Assembly (NCBI RefSeq): GCF_001447785.1
Contig: NW_015173677.1
Span: 1,666,024 to 1,730,023, forward strand
Direction: 5' to 3'
Source: Gekko japonicus
Taxonomy: Eukaryota
Length of the DNA stretch: 64,000 nt
Shown: positions 63,639 to 64,000 of the stretch, in pieces
Position numbering within the stretch: the first letter of the stretch is position 1
How the letters are laid out: every line of letters starts with the position of its first letter
The notes under the pieces: model-generated
What the model saw: only the letters and a program-made list of their open reading frames with translations
Told to the model about the DNA's origin: nothing
Database searches by the model: none
Position numbers and translations under genes: made by a program

Positions 63639-64000
63639 CAGTGTTTCTCAGCCTGGGGGACGGGACCCAAAAATGGCTTCTGAATCCTCTGAAAGTGAGT
63701 TTCAGGCCGGCCCTCCCTTATGGCTGCTCTTGTCCTTTGCCCTTTCTCTCCTCTTCTTCCTTGCCTCCCCCATCATTTGAGACAATTGGGGGGGGGGCTG
63801 TTCAACAACTAATAACTTGGCAGTAGTAGCTAGAAGGGGGGGAGGCTAGAGTAGACAGGGGCTGTTCAGCATGCTGCAGAAACCTCATAGGTGGAGAGAA
63901 GTGTGCTTGCCTGGGCTCCATCTAAGTGCTGCTCCTTCAGCAGCCCAACCTCTTGGCCAGCTCCCCCACAGCACCTCACTGCCCTCTGCCTGCTATGGGA
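63639..64000. mobile_element. Left end of a hAT-Charlie-like element
   Basis: CAGTGTTTCTCAGCCTGGGG terminus preceded by ATCTATAC, which resembles the Charlie NTCTAGAN target. The right end is not seen. Confidence 0.55.

Noticed and set aside
1-64000. CRISPR arrays, operons, tRNA genes, CpG-island promoter
   Set aside because: This is eukaryotic repeat-rich DNA. The tRNA-like segments are SINE heads, and the CpG-rich patches mostly coincide with young transposons.

Overview
Vertebrate, almost certainly squamate and probably gecko, genomic DNA. The taxon is inferred from Sauria SINEs, Squam3-type SINEs with (CTT)n tails, and CR1/L2/RTE/R4/Penelope remnants. The window is AT-rich, repeat-dense and intron-like or intergenic, with short assembly gaps, several at SINE tails. 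I cannot recognise any intact host protein-coding gene; every recognisable ORF is retrotransposon-derived. A co-oriented set of plus-strand exon candidates (26.8, 34.4, 37.8, 39.6, 51.6 kb), including a 21-nt microexon-like unit with strong signals, suggests a large unidentified gene, but this is unproven. The most unusual structure is a ~556-bp near-perfect inverted duplication of apparently host-derived DNA (52596-53151 / 53662-54212) that brackets a Penelope-like GIY-YIG endonuclease fragment. Other well-supported items: an R4/Dong LINE carrying a hAT MITE and a solo LTR, a non-autonomous Helitron inside an old CR1, a young CR1 with a diverged 49-bp internal duplication, decayed minimal hammerhead-ribozyme motifs, a 5S-derived SINE, and several hAT/Harbinger MITEs with clear target-site duplications (TSDs). 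All family names come from motif recognition by eye, not database searches.
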